Below the pieces are notes generated by a model. It was not told the origin of the DNA. It saw only the letters and a program-made list of their open reading frames with translations, and searched no databases. Both the position numbers and the translations under genes were made by a program. A stretch of DNA of 64,000 bases from a virus: IMG/VR virus record IMGVR_UViG_3300035670_009931, positions 1 through 64,000 of that record; one strand, 5' to 3'. Positions 1-8,784 of the stretch are shown here, in pieces; positions within the stretch are counted from its first letter, which is position 1, and each line of letters starts with the position of its first letter.

Positions 1-83
1 CGCACCTGAATGTCCCCTTTCGACTGTTAATCACTGTCTACTCCAGGGTGCATAACCTATTTCTGCCAATACATCCAAATTGT

Positions 84-167
84 TGGTGGAGGCTGATGGA
101 TTCGAACCACCGTGCTGTTAAGACCTGGTTTACAATCAGGCGCAATCGACCACTCTGCCAAACCTCC
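84..167 (-). tRNA. tRNA-Tyr (anticodon GTA), class II with long variable arm, CCA encoded
   Basis: Manual cloverleaf on the minus strand. Acceptor GGAGGTT pairs with AGCCTCC. D-stem is 3 bp. Anticodon loop TTGTAAA gives U33-GUA-A37. T-arm is GGTGG-TTCGAAT-CCATC. Discriminator A is followed by an encoded CCA. Confidence 0.7.
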
Positions 168-454
168 ATGAACTTGTATGGTTCTCTCGGACCAAGAGTA
201 AACAATATCATTCACCGCACTAGGCTATCCAATGCCCGGACTCCTGATAATTGTTTTACCATATTTCAACACACTCAAGTCCGCGGCTCGGAAGGAACTA
301 TACCCGCAATGGGCTTACGCCCAGTCCCAATGCGTTGAAATATGGTATCACGTTACGTCAACGAACACTAGTAAAAACCCAGTGTCTCTGCAACGTAATA
401 CCTTGAAACCGTTAAATTGTTAAAGAACTAGTTGATCGCTCAACTCATGCATGT

Positions 455-483
455 ATTGTAGCACCTGCACGAATTATTGTCAA
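455..483 (-). promoter_or_regulatory. Near-consensus sigma70-type (T4 early-like) promoter TTGACA-N17-TACAAT, oriented toward tRNA-Tyr
   Basis: Minus strand reads TTGACAataattcgtgcaggtgcTACAAT. It sits about 280 nt upstream of the tRNA-Tyr 5' end. Confidence 0.5.
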
Positions 484-516
484 CTACTATTTGCTATGCT
501 CTGTAGGCTGATGCTT

Positions 517-600
517 CGTAAATCCAACTGGGATTCGAACCCAGGCCCCCAGCTGTCCAACAAGGTGTCCTATCCACTAGACGATTAGAACTCTCACGGT
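517..600 (-). ncRNA. Degenerate tRNA-like element: perfect T-arm but no acceptor pairing (pseudo-tRNA or structured RNA)
   Basis: Minus strand has CTGGG-TTCGAAT-CCCAG, a perfect T-arm. A D-arm-like GTC-TAGTGGATAG-GAC is also present. No 7-bp acceptor stem or clean anticodon stem could be built by hand. Confidence 0.25.
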
Positions 601-880
601 ATAACACGGCAATGCTAAACCCAGAGGCGAAGCAAACAAACCTTCTGAAGGTTGCCGCCTATCAGTCTACAGAACACAGCAAATTGTTAAAGATCGTTTC
701 GCTGATCTCTCAGCATGTTGACAGTATAACACTACTAGCATTTACTGTCAAACTGTAGTTGGCTTAATGTGTGATTTCCACCAACCTGGTACTCTGTATC
801 AGTCTAGGAATTTCCTAGCATCAACCTACGTCACACTGTGTTCTACAGTTTCATAACTATAACACTGTTCGCTTTTGATG

Positions 881-1099
881 TCAACGACCAAATTGCTTTT
901 TGTATTCGATTTCTGATTTTTTTTGTTCATAAACCACTTTACAGGCTAAACAAATTACAAAGGATAAACAACCGAATGCAAATCCAAACATTCCAAATTT
1001 TATAATAAGAAACCAGAAATACAGATTCAAAAAAAACACAATTCCAACTGCGGTTCCTACAACCTTGGCGGTATATTTGGCTGCTTCCAAATTGATCAT
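881..1099 (-). CDS. Small membrane protein (two predicted TM helices)
   Basis: 72-aa ORF with hydrophobic stretches (VVGTAVGIVFFLNLYFWFLII and FGFAFGCLSFVICLA). Confidence 0.4.
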   Translation of the reverse strand: MINLEAAKYTAKVVGTAVGIVFFLNLYFWFLIIKFGMFGFAFGCLSFVICLACKVVYEQKKSEIEYKKQFGR

Positions 1100-1114
1100 T
1101 TTTGATCCTTTATA

Positions 1115-1495
1115 TCAGAGGTTCAACAGTTGGCGCTCTTCGGCAGTCAGTTTTGCCAATGCCGAACGGCGAACTTCTTCTTTACGTTTGGTTTCTTCCA
1201 TCTCAAAAATTTTAGTGTTAACTTCATCAATGAGTACGTGAAGATCCTGCCAACTTCTCTCACTATATTCTGGTGAGAGATGATACGCATCTTTCCAGGA
1301 ATCCCAATCGTTAGTCCTCACCGCAAATTTACCTCCACGAACACTCATGCTGAAGTCAGCAGTAGTTGCATCTTCAAGAGTCTTCATCAAGAGTGGAAAG
1401 TATTCCGCACGTTCTTCTTCAATTCGTTCAAGACGGATCTGTTCATATTCGGCATTTAATTGAGCTTTAGTCTTACGAGGCATTTCGTACTCCAA
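1115..1495 (-). CDS. Hypothetical protein
   Basis: 126-aa ORF. GC content is slightly above the local background. Confidence 0.5.
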   Translation of the reverse strand: MEYEMPRKTKAQLNAEYEQIRLERIEEERAEYFPLLMKTLEDATTADFSMSVRGGKFAVRTNDWDSWKDAYHLSPEYSERSWQDLHVLIDEVNTKIFEMEETKRKEEVRRSALAKLTAEERQLLNL

Positions 1496-1767
1496 CGATT
1501 TTTTGATTTGTGAATTATGTCACATCTTGTGGTTGTTGTCAAGCTCAAGATGTGTATAGTAAAGCACACTAAATTAAATATAATGTGCTTTACTATATAC
1601 GGGTTTTACACATTTTGGTTATCGCCCAAAACTTATCATCACCGTACCCGCCCTCATTATTAGCCAGATGTTTTAAGTGCCCAGCAGGATCGCGTTTCCT
1701 TTCACACTTTGAGCAATTTATAGTGGCATTCCAAAATAAATTATACTCTAATTCTACCTCCAAAACA

Positions 1768-1800
1768 AAAAACCCCAGATCTTTCGATTCTGGGGTCCTT
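1768..1800 (-). terminator. Rho-independent terminator downstream of the 2002-2700 gene
   Basis: Minus strand reads CCCCAGAatcgaaagaTCTGGGG followed by a T-run. Confidence 0.5.
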
Positions 1801-2001
1801 AGAGTTAAGTTATGTTTTTGTTAAACTTTGTCCTCCTTGGACCCCTGTATCTCATATGTGCGATCATTTTTAATTGAGACACATATGGGTAAATTAAACC
1901 ATGCCTGGTAACTGGCTGATTTAAGTGTTGACATCATGATATGGGTGTTAGTTTTCATATACTTTATTTATAATTATTTATAATAAATGTTCATTTATTT
2001 A

Positions 2002-2700
2002 TCAATTATTAAGCCACCAAGCAAAAGTAGTTGGTCTAACTTGACAAGCATAATCTGCATCTAATGGTACATATGTTTTTAGTTCATTTTCTCCATACCG
2101 ATCACCAAGAAATGATTTATTAACGGTATATGGAAAATATGGATCTCCATGTTCCACCCCTGGATCAGGTGGTCTACCATCAAAAGTTGTATGAGACAAT
2201 TTACTAAATTCATATAATTTATCTATCCATTCCCGACCAGCAATTACTTGAATGGCGGTTTCTGGAATTTGATGCCTTCTGCACCAAAATGCTTCCCATC
2301 CATTAGCAAATTCATTTAGATAAGTTTGAAACTTTTTAGATATTAAAAAAGAATCTGCCTCTACATGAATTATTTTATCATAGTTGTATTTTTTAGCATA
2401 TACACTAGAAAATGTAAATGAACGATACCAACCATGATGATTATAGAAAGCAGGACGCCCTAAATTTTTCTGGAAATGGTATATAATACCACGGCTTTCT
2501 GGTTCATTATCTGGTAACTGACCTTCTTCTATAATTTCAATCCCGTCCCAATGTGGGAGTTCTGGACTCCCATCGTCAAACATTAGGACTTTATCTGCTT
2601 CTAAATATCCTGATTCGACGGCGTTAATCCATCTACCATGTAGGTCCTCCCACTGTGATAGATCTTTACCATATGTAGTACAAAATAATAATGTTTTCAT
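2002..2700 (-). CDS. Hypothetical protein, possible GT-A-like glycosyltransferase
   Basis: 232 aa. The LMFDDGSPE motif resembles the DDGS/DxD signature of GT2-type enzymes. The similarity is weak. Confidence 0.4.
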   Translation of the reverse strand: MKTLLFCTTYGKDLSQWEDLHGRWINAVESGYLEADKVLMFDDGSPELPHWDGIEIIEEGQLPDNEPESRGIIYHFQKNLGRPAFYNHHGWYRSFTFSSVYAKKYNYDKIIHVEADSFLISKKFQTYLNEFANGWEAFWCRRHQIPETAIQVIAGREWIDKLYEFSKLSHTTFDGRPPDPGVEHGDPYFPYTVNKSFLGDRYGENELKTYVPLDADYACQVRPTTFAWWLNN

Positions 2701-2704
2701 TTTT

Positions 2705-3373
2705 TTAAATTTCTGGAAATAATGTTTCTTCTATAAAATTTGTGATTTCTTTTTTATCTATGCCCATTGAAACCATACTATTTAGAACATGTGGATTTTG
2801 CTTTTGGAAAAAACAGTAACGATTTTGGTAGTCTGCATAGTTACTCTCAGTTGCCGATCCTATATTTTCTAGATAATATGTAAGACTTTCTAGAGCTATA
2901 TTTTTCAATTGATTTATTTCTTCAATATCTTGAAGATTTCCGGCTGCTATCATGGCTGGACTAAATATTTGTTTCGCCCATTCTGGTAGTTGCCTAGGTT
3001 TGTTCCAATTTAAATTTTTAGTTTTTTCTTCAAACCAGTTGAATATTGAATTATCATCTGTATTTGTTAAACTAAAGTCGTGGAATGCACCTGTAATTTT
3101 ATTTTGACCACATACAGCGTCAAATCCCCATATTGGACTAGGATCATTAATATGGGGAAATATTGTACAATGTAAAATATAGATCTTATGGGTTGATCTT
3201 TTATCAACTATTTCAATGTGTGCACGACGATAAAGTTTACTTGTATAAATGTTGTTATACCAACTATACTTTTCTTCTATGCCATTAATTTTAGATCCAG
3301 TTTCGTTAAATTTATTTTCTATTTTAACGGCTAGATCCGAAATTTCATTCCAAATCAATGACATTGTAGTCAT
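2705..3373 (-). CDS. pcyA: Phycocyanobilin:ferredoxin oxidoreductase (ferredoxin-dependent bilin reductase)
   Basis: ILHCTIFPHINDPSPIWGFDAVCGQNKITGAFHDFSLT aligns with the conserved PcyA core (ILHCVMFP...PLFGCDIVAG...ADLSPT). The gene is adjacent to ho1. Confidence 0.7.
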   Translation of the reverse strand: MTTMSLIWNEISDLAVKIENKFNETGSKINGIEEKYSWYNNIYTSKLYRRAHIEIVDKRSTHKIYILHCTIFPHINDPSPIWGFDAVCGQNKITGAFHDFSLTNTDDNSIFNWFEEKTKNLNWNKPRQLPEWAKQIFSPAMIAAGNLQDIEEINQLKNIALESLTYYLENIGSATESNYADYQNRYCFFQKQNPHVLNSMVSMGIDKKEITNFIEETLFPEI

Positions 3374-3884
3374 TCAATAATTTGATAGCCCAATCAAAAG
3401 CAATATTAGCTTCGTCAGCCATTGTATCTTTTAATTTAGCTCGTAAATTATTTTTCAATAATTCTGGATCTTTAAATGTTAAACTTAGATGTGATCCTGG
3501 AATTATTTTTTTGATCATTTGCCCACCATATAAATCACCCATATGCCATACATAGAGGTGAGCCATAATTCTATCTTTATCTGGGAATAGTTTTAAAATA
3601 TAATTATGGTAATCTATTGCTGGTTGTCTGAATTTATGAAATGTATCTTTATTAGTATTATTATTATAATCTCTATAAAGATAATGTGTTCTGCAAATAT
3701 CTGGAAGATCTGTCAAAAGACCACAAGCTCCAGCTACACCTTCAATCCCATTATAGATTAATTGTCGTTGATAGATATAATCACACCATATATTAAAAGG
3801 AAGTTTGTTTTTAAAGATGGCTTGCATGAAATTGGTTTTTTCTGCAATATCATGCTTTTCTTTTGTTAATTCTTTTAAACTCAT
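3345..3884 (-). CDS. ho1: Heme oxygenase
   Basis: HO-like N-terminus (LKELTKEKHDIAEKTNFMQAIF). The start is placed at the internal Met whose ATG overlaps the clpS stop (GCATGAGT). The upstream part of the track ORF would overlap clpS. Confidence 0.6.
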   Translation of the reverse strand: MSLKELTKEKHDIAEKTNFMQAIFKNKLPFNIWCDYIYQRQLIYNGIEGVAGACGLLTDLPDICRTHYLYRDYNNNTNKDTFHKFRQPAIDYHNYILKLFPDKDRIMAHLYVWHMGDLYGGQMIKKIIPGSHLSLTFKDPELLKNNLRAKLKDTMADEANIAFDWAIKLLNDYNVIDLE

Positions 3885-4186
3885 GCTTCCTCTACTCGTA
3901 CTTTTAATGGCCAACCATTTGCTCTTGCCAAATCAATAGTATCGATTGATTTTTGCTCGGCAATTTCATAACTATATATAGCTACAGTTGATTTACCTTC
4001 TGTATGAATTTGCATCATGAGTTCTTTTGATTTGGCTTCACTGTGTTTAAAAACTTTCATTAACACAGCAACCACAAATTCCATAGGTGTATGATTATCA
4101 TTTAGAAAAATCACGGCATATTTTTTTGGAGCTATAATTTTTTCAGAAGATAGTTTTTTCTTTTCAAGAATTATTTCTGTTGACAT
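3881..4186 (-). CDS. clpS: ATP-dependent Clp protease adaptor ClpS
   Basis: The core motif YAVIFLNDNHTPMEFVVAVLMKVF matches ClpS. The track start at 4216 is a TTG codon. An ATG at 4186 gives a 101-aa product close to ClpS size. Confidence 0.7.
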   Translation of the reverse strand: MSTEIILEKKKLSSEKIIAPKKYAVIFLNDNHTPMEFVVAVLMKVFKHSEAKSKELMMQIHTEGKSTVAIYSYEIAEQKSIDTIDLARANGWPLKVRVEEA

Positions 4187-4190
4187 AGTA

Positions 4191-4227
4191 TAAAAATTTA
4201 TTGAAAAATGGGGCAAGATGCCCCATT
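4191..4227 (-). terminator. Hairpin plus T-run after hsp20 (terminator or attenuator between hsp20 and clpS)
   Basis: Minus strand reads AATGGGGCAtctTGCCCCATT, then TTTTCAATAAATTTTT. Confidence 0.45.
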
Positions 4228-4230
4228 AGA

Positions 4231-4668
4231 TTACTCAGCCTTGATTTGTAATACTCTTGGCTTTAGTGCTTCGGGAATTACTCGATTAAGAGTAATTGAC
4301 AAAACTCCGTTTTTAATTTTACCTTCATTTACTTCCATATGTTCTGGAAGTAACCATGCACGTACAAACTTACGTGCTGCTAATCCACGATGAATGTAGT
4401 ATGATTCATCAATAGAATCATCCTTAACTTTTTCACCACGGATAATTAGTTGATTTTGATCAATTTCAACAGTAACCTCGTCAGGTGAAAATCCTGTAAC
4501 AGCAATTTCCAATTCATATTTATTTTCATCTTTTTTAATGAAATTAAATGGAGGATAAGAACTGCTAATTTGATTAGCGAACTTACGCTCAAAGTCGTTG
4601 AAAATAGAATCAAAACCTAGAAGTGCCTTTTGTAGGGCTGTAGTATCAAAACGTGTTAAACTATTCAT
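4231..4668 (-). CDS. hsp20: Small heat-shock protein (Hsp20 / alpha-crystallin family)
   Basis: 145 aa. The alpha-crystallin core (ELEIAVTGFSPDEVTVEIDQNQLIIRGEK...LPE...NGVLSITL) is present. Confidence 0.8.
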   Translation of the reverse strand: MNSLTRFDTTALQKALLGFDSIFNDFERKFANQISSSYPPFNFIKKDENKYELEIAVTGFSPDEVTVEIDQNQLIIRGEKVKDDSIDESYYIHRGLAARKFVRAWLLPEHMEVNEGKIKNGVLSITLNRVIPEALKPRVLQIKAE

Positions 4669-4727
4669 TTTTTTCTCCTTAATAAGTAAGTTATGTAGTA
4701 GACCTTAATAAGTATCCGCTACATATA

Positions 4728-4735
4728 TATTTATA
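4728..4735 (-). promoter_or_regulatory. T4-type late-promoter motif TATAAATA upstream of hsp20
   Basis: Minus strand has an exact TATAAATA about 60 nt upstream of the hsp20 ATG. Confidence 0.3.
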
Positions 4736-4741
4736 CAAGAT

Positions 4742-4957
4742 TTACAACTTTTTGTCAATATCTACGTATAAATTCGGTGATTTATTGATTTCTGAAAGTA
4801 ATGGATATAGAATTTTCTGTTGAATTCTATATGCCATTGTTTCCATAACAGTTTCTATGTTGTCACCTTTTTTAAGGCATTTAAGGGCCAAAGAAAGTTC
4901 ATATTCCATAACTTTTTCAGCCCACTGTTCCAATGAAACATTGTTATCAAATTTCAC
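4742..4957 (-). CDS. Hypothetical protein
   Basis: 71-aa ORF. Its stop overlaps the start region of the upstream gene. Confidence 0.4.
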   Translation of the reverse strand: MKFDNNVSLEQWAEKVMEYELSLALKCLKKGDNIETVMETMAYRIQQKILYPLLSEINKSPNLYVDIDKKL

Positions 4958-5796
4958 AAATCAATATATATATTTGGATTCCATCCTGAGTCTGGTTCAT
5001 AACCTTCATAACCACGTGGATTACATACCACTCTGGTATTTCCTATTGTGTAATCAAAAGGTGTGTGAACATGACCATGACACCAGAGAGCTATTTGAGG
5101 GCGATCCAGTATAAATTCTGATAAATCAGAATAATATGCTCCATTCATGTAACGGTCATTTTTATACTTTGGATTAATAGATAACTCACTTGGTGCCATA
5201 TGACTAACTACCACTATACGTTCAGCTGGATTATCTTTAATAGAATTACCGATAAATTCTAAACTACGACGATGCCTACTCAATGTATGTGCAGGACGTA
5301 ATTTAGTATATCCTAAACCATCATGTCGAATCACACGATAATCATTCATACCGTTAGCTACCGTATATAATGTTATTGGGTCACCTCGATTCATATCAGT
5401 CCATAGTGTAGACCCAATAAAAAGAATGTCATCAATCTTTTTACAATCGTCTTCCATGAAATAAATGTTAGGAAACTTAGCGCACTCATCACGCAATACA
5501 CGTATACTATCAATGAATTTTCCGTGATAAAATTCATGATTACCAGCAACATAAATTACGTGTGGAAATTGAAAACTAACACGTTTCAAAAAATCACGAA
5601 AACGTTGTGCCGATTCTTGAATCCGACCTAATTGAGCATATGGTGCATATGGACTAACGACTGGCTCTGGATGATCATGAAGATTTTGCGCGATCATAAT
5701 ATCACCAGATAAAATAAGAACATCACAATTTTCATCGTTCGTAATATTAATGTCACTAAATTCTAAATGTAAGTCACTAACTAGCTTAATACGCAT
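4954..5796 (-). CDS. Calcineurin-like metallophosphoesterase
   Basis: Metal-binding motifs DLHLE, GDI, GNHEF and GHVH are all present. Confidence 0.7.
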   Translation of the reverse strand: MRIKLVSDLHLEFSDINITNDENCDVLILSGDIMIAQNLHDHPEPVVSPYAPYAQLGRIQESAQRFRDFLKRVSFQFPHVIYVAGNHEFYHGKFIDSIRVLRDECAKFPNIYFMEDDCKKIDDILFIGSTLWTDMNRGDPITLYTVANGMNDYRVIRHDGLGYTKLRPAHTLSRHRRSLEFIGNSIKDNPAERIVVVSHMAPSELSINPKYKNDRYMNGAYYSDLSEFILDRPQIALWCHGHVHTPFDYTIGNTRVVCNPRGYEGYEPDSGWNPNIYIDL

Positions 5797-5861
5797 TCAT
5801 ATCTCCATAAAAAAGTCTAGGATCTTTTACAATCCTAGACTGTGCTACTAACTATTTCTAA

Positions 5862-7277
5862 TTAGCAATCGTAACGGCTATTACCGATGGTTTTCATCAT
5901 AATTCCAAAAGGAGTAAACTCCATAGGATCAGCCTTCAACAGGCTAGTCATGATACTTGGGCTGAACCCACTTACCAACGCTGCACCACTCTTGTCACTC
6001 TTAACAGGTACATTGTCTGAACTGTTAAGGTTCCAGAATACCACAGAAGGTAACTCATAACCAGCATCACGATACTTACGTTCAATCATCTCCATTGCAC
6101 TGTCATCATGACGAACACACTGATTGAACTGCATGTCCGAAAGAATCAACAACATCTTTGGCATATCGCCTTGAGGAACACGGTTCTTCACTGCGGTGCT
6201 TAGGATCTTGTCAAAAGCAGCATGTAGGTTAGTACTCATACCCCACGAACTCTTGATCATTTGGTGAGCCTTCTGAACAACATTTCCCTTGAGGGTCAAC
6301 AGTTCAGGACGATCACTAAATGTCAAGAATGTACCATTGAAGGCACCCTTGTTCTTATCAGCCAAGTACAGACCAAGCGAAACACTAACGTCCAAACAAG
6401 TTACACTAGTGTTCTTCCCTGCTGGACAAACCATAGACCCACTTACATCAACTAGAGGCATGATGTTAGCATCACCAACATAGTTAGGCAATGCATCCCA
6501 TTGTGCCACGATATGGTCCAACTCAGTCTTGTTGAGATTAGTTGTTCCATATGCTCCAATCACACCCTTAAGGACATCATGCGGGAAGATAGCTCCAGCA
6601 TTTACCTTAACGGTAGGATCACCCTTGACCAACTTAGCCACATACTCCGCAAACTTTGGAGTATGACGGTTGAACGCCTTCTTGTAAATACGAGAAGCCT
6701 GACTAGGTACATGACTAAAGTTGATGTTATCCCAATCGTTGGCACACATTTGTGATTCAACGACAGAGGTCAACCCAACAAGAGTCTTACGATACTGTTT
6801 AGGAGTCATCCCAAAGTAGTTACGGATTTCAGCCGCAACTGGTCCCTTGCGAGGAGTCCATTTTGCTGCCAGCCCGTTCTTTGCCCGGATATGTTCACCC
6901 AACAGAGTGAAGGCACGATCCTTCATATCCTTGGTCTTGAAGACGAACAAGTCATCAAAACGACCAAGTTCAGGAACACGATTCATCAGCCGTGCTGCGG
7001 CTGAAGGATCAGTGGACTCTAGATAAGTTAGGATATCACGGAAGATCTGACGTTCGCCAGCGCCTTCCCTTACATCACGTGCCCATAGTGCGATGCGCAA
7101 GGCAATCTCACGATCTTGTACATATGCTGCAACAAACTGTGGAATGATGTTTTTTCCACGGCTTGCCCCCACATTGTAGAATAGATCTACCAGAGCATTG
7201 TTAGTGGTCTTACGAGCCTTCATGCCGTTAGCGGTACGAGACTCTTGCTCTTGAATTGCGTTTACAAATGCGTTCAT
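5862..7277 (-). CDS. vWA-domain protein (DUF2828/TROVE-like architecture)
   Basis: 471 aa. A MIDAS-like motif (LVDVSGSM...T...D) is present. GC content is clearly higher than the surrounding DNA. Confidence 0.6.
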   Translation of the reverse strand: MNAFVNAIQEQESRTANGMKARKTTNNALVDLFYNVGASRGKNIIPQFVAAYVQDREIALRIALWARDVREGAGERQIFRDILTYLESTDPSAAARLMNRVPELGRFDDLFVFKTKDMKDRAFTLLGEHIRAKNGLAAKWTPRKGPVAAEIRNYFGMTPKQYRKTLVGLTSVVESQMCANDWDNINFSHVPSQASRIYKKAFNRHTPKFAEYVAKLVKGDPTVKVNAGAIFPHDVLKGVIGAYGTTNLNKTELDHIVAQWDALPNYVGDANIMPLVDVSGSMVCPAGKNTSVTCLDVSVSLGLYLADKNKGAFNGTFLTFSDRPELLTLKGNVVQKAHQMIKSSWGMSTNLHAAFDKILSTAVKNRVPQGDMPKMLLILSDMQFNQCVRHDDSAMEMIERKYRDAGYELPSVVFWNLNSSDNVPVKSDKSGAALVSGFSPSIMTSLLKADPMEFTPFGIMMKTIGNSRYDC

Positions 7278-7341
7278 TTTTTATTTCCTTTCAGTTTAGA
7301 TATAAAATATTAGTAATTGCTGTTACTAAACTTATGCGTAC

Positions 7342-7370
7342 ATTATAGACTAGATAGAGTTCTTTGTCAA
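7342..7370 (-). promoter_or_regulatory. Consensus sigma70-type (early) promoter TTGACA-N17-TATAAT driving the vWA gene
   Basis: Minus strand reads TTGACAaagaactctatctagtcTATAAT. Confidence 0.5.
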
Positions 7371-7627
7371 GATTCAATTCCGAAATGTTGTTTCACCATT
7401 CGTTCAAAGAGTTCGGTAGTAGAAAAAGGAATGTCATTAGATGACTTATATCCAACTTCATGGATTACTTTTAATACGTCCTGAGCAATCAACTCAGCGA
7501 ATTTTTCTTGATTAAGTTCCTTACTATATGTTTTTCCTAGAACTATTTCGTAGGTCGTGGGATCTATCACCATGTTTTGTTTTAGTTCGTATGCCTGTTC
7601 GGCAAGTTCTTTAATTCGCTTGTTCAT
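7367..7627 (-). CDS. Hypothetical protein
   Basis: 86-aa ORF. Confidence 0.45.
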   Translation of the reverse strand: MNKRIKELAEQAYELKQNMVIDPTTYEIVLGKTYSKELNQEKFAELIAQDVLKVIHEVGYKSSNDIPFSTTELFERMVKQHFGIES

Positions 7628-7885
7628 TTTTTATTTCCTTTCTGAATGCGTTTTTATGTCAAAGTTACGGTTTGATTTTCAAAGTTTGCTGTTAGCATTC
7701 TAATGTAAAACAGGTTAGTTGTCTACTTCTTTTTTTACAGTGAGAAATTAGAAACTCACCTTGTCTAAGAGTTGGGAGTTTGATGTCCCAACCTTCCCTA
7801 GACCATCTTAGTATTAAATGTGTTGCTGTGCCTAACCTTCAAGACTCTATTATAGAGTATCTACTTAAGCTTGTCAAGTAGTTTT

Positions 7886-8155
7886 TTAAAAACCCAATGG
7901 ACCTTTGGGTGGTTCAACTTCTATTTGTTTTGAACTTTGTTGTAATTGTTGTAGTAGCATAATAGCAGTATTTTTTACTGTGGGATCTGCACTCTTTGCT
8001 AATTCAACCAATGCCTGAACTTTAGCTGCTTCTGCGATAGTATTATCCCTAGATATTGATTTCTGTGCCTCTGCATATATAGAATAATTTGTTGCATCAG
8101 GAGATGCACATGCACTTAAAATTAATGCCAAAATTGTTAACATTGGTTTTTTCAC
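7886..8155 (-). CDS. Predicted lipoprotein
   Basis: Signal peptide with lipobox (LILSAC). Confidence 0.5.
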   Translation of the reverse strand: MKKPMLTILALILSACASPDATNYSIYAEAQKSISRDNTIAEAAKVQALVELAKSADPTVKNTAIMLLQQLQQSSKQIEVEPPKGPLGF

Positions 8156-8166
8156 TTTTTACCCTC

Positions 8167-8772
8167 TTATTTATTGCTTTGTAGTACTATCTTAGAAATG
8201 TGTTCAAGGCGTTCTATGTGTTCAAAAGCTCTCCATGGACTAGTATCTACCGCTACTACACCATGACGGTCCATACCAACAATATTATATTTTACTTTCC
8301 CTGTCACTGGATTGTAACCTAAATTTCTAATACACTCCGTGGCAAGTTCTTCAGTAATTGGCGGAATCAATGGAACATTTGGTGCTACACTAGTATACCT
8401 GCTTAACTCTGGAAATTCTTTAAGAAGATCCGGAAGTTGAATACCTGCATACATAGCAGCTACAGTATAAGTAGGATGTAGATGCAATACAACACGGACT
8501 TCTGTGTCGATGTTTTTTTGTAACCCATAATGCATTGGCAGTTCGCCACTTGGTTTTAATGCACTACTTATATCCGTATAAGGCAATTTTTTATTTTCTG
8601 CTAAATCCCATTTAACAAACATTTCAGGTTGCATTGTTTGTTTACGAATACCACTTGGAGTTACGTAAAAATGATTACGATCATGCCAACGGATACTAGC
8701 ATTACCATCTCTAGCTGTAATCCAATTACGTTTATATGCTTCTTGAAATAGTTCTGATATAGTCTCTAACAT
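8167..8772 (-). CDS. Class II aldolase/adducin-family protein (AraD/FucA-like)
   Basis: DGNASIRW...YVTPSG and LHLHPTY align with the conserved blocks of class II aldolase/epimerase. Confidence 0.55.
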   Translation of the reverse strand: MLETISELFQEAYKRNWITARDGNASIRWHDRNHFYVTPSGIRKQTMQPEMFVKWDLAENKKLPYTDISSALKPSGELPMHYGLQKNIDTEVRVVLHLHPTYTVAAMYAGIQLPDLLKEFPELSRYTSVAPNVPLIPPITEELATECIRNLGYNPVTGKVKYNIVGMDRHGVVAVDTSPWRAFEHIERLEHISKIVLQSNK

Positions 8773-8784
8773 TATTTTTACCTT

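Noticed and set aside
48-423. Plus-strand ORFs 48-338 and 232-423
   Set aside because: They overlap tRNA-Tyr and its promoter-driven leader on the opposite strand, with no RBS or coding signal.
517-600. A second bona fide tRNA
   Set aside because: Only the T-arm and a D-arm-like stem can be folded. No acceptor-stem complementarity was found despite several registers tried. It is kept as a low-confidence tRNA-like element only.
1585-1824. 79-aa plus-strand ORF
   Set aside because: It lies in an AT-rich intergenic stretch containing hairpins and a minus-strand terminator. There is no RBS, and it is the lone plus-strand ORF among minus-strand genes.
4208-4393. 61-aa plus-strand ORF
   Set aside because: It lies antisense to clpS and hsp20 and overlaps the inter-gene hairpin.
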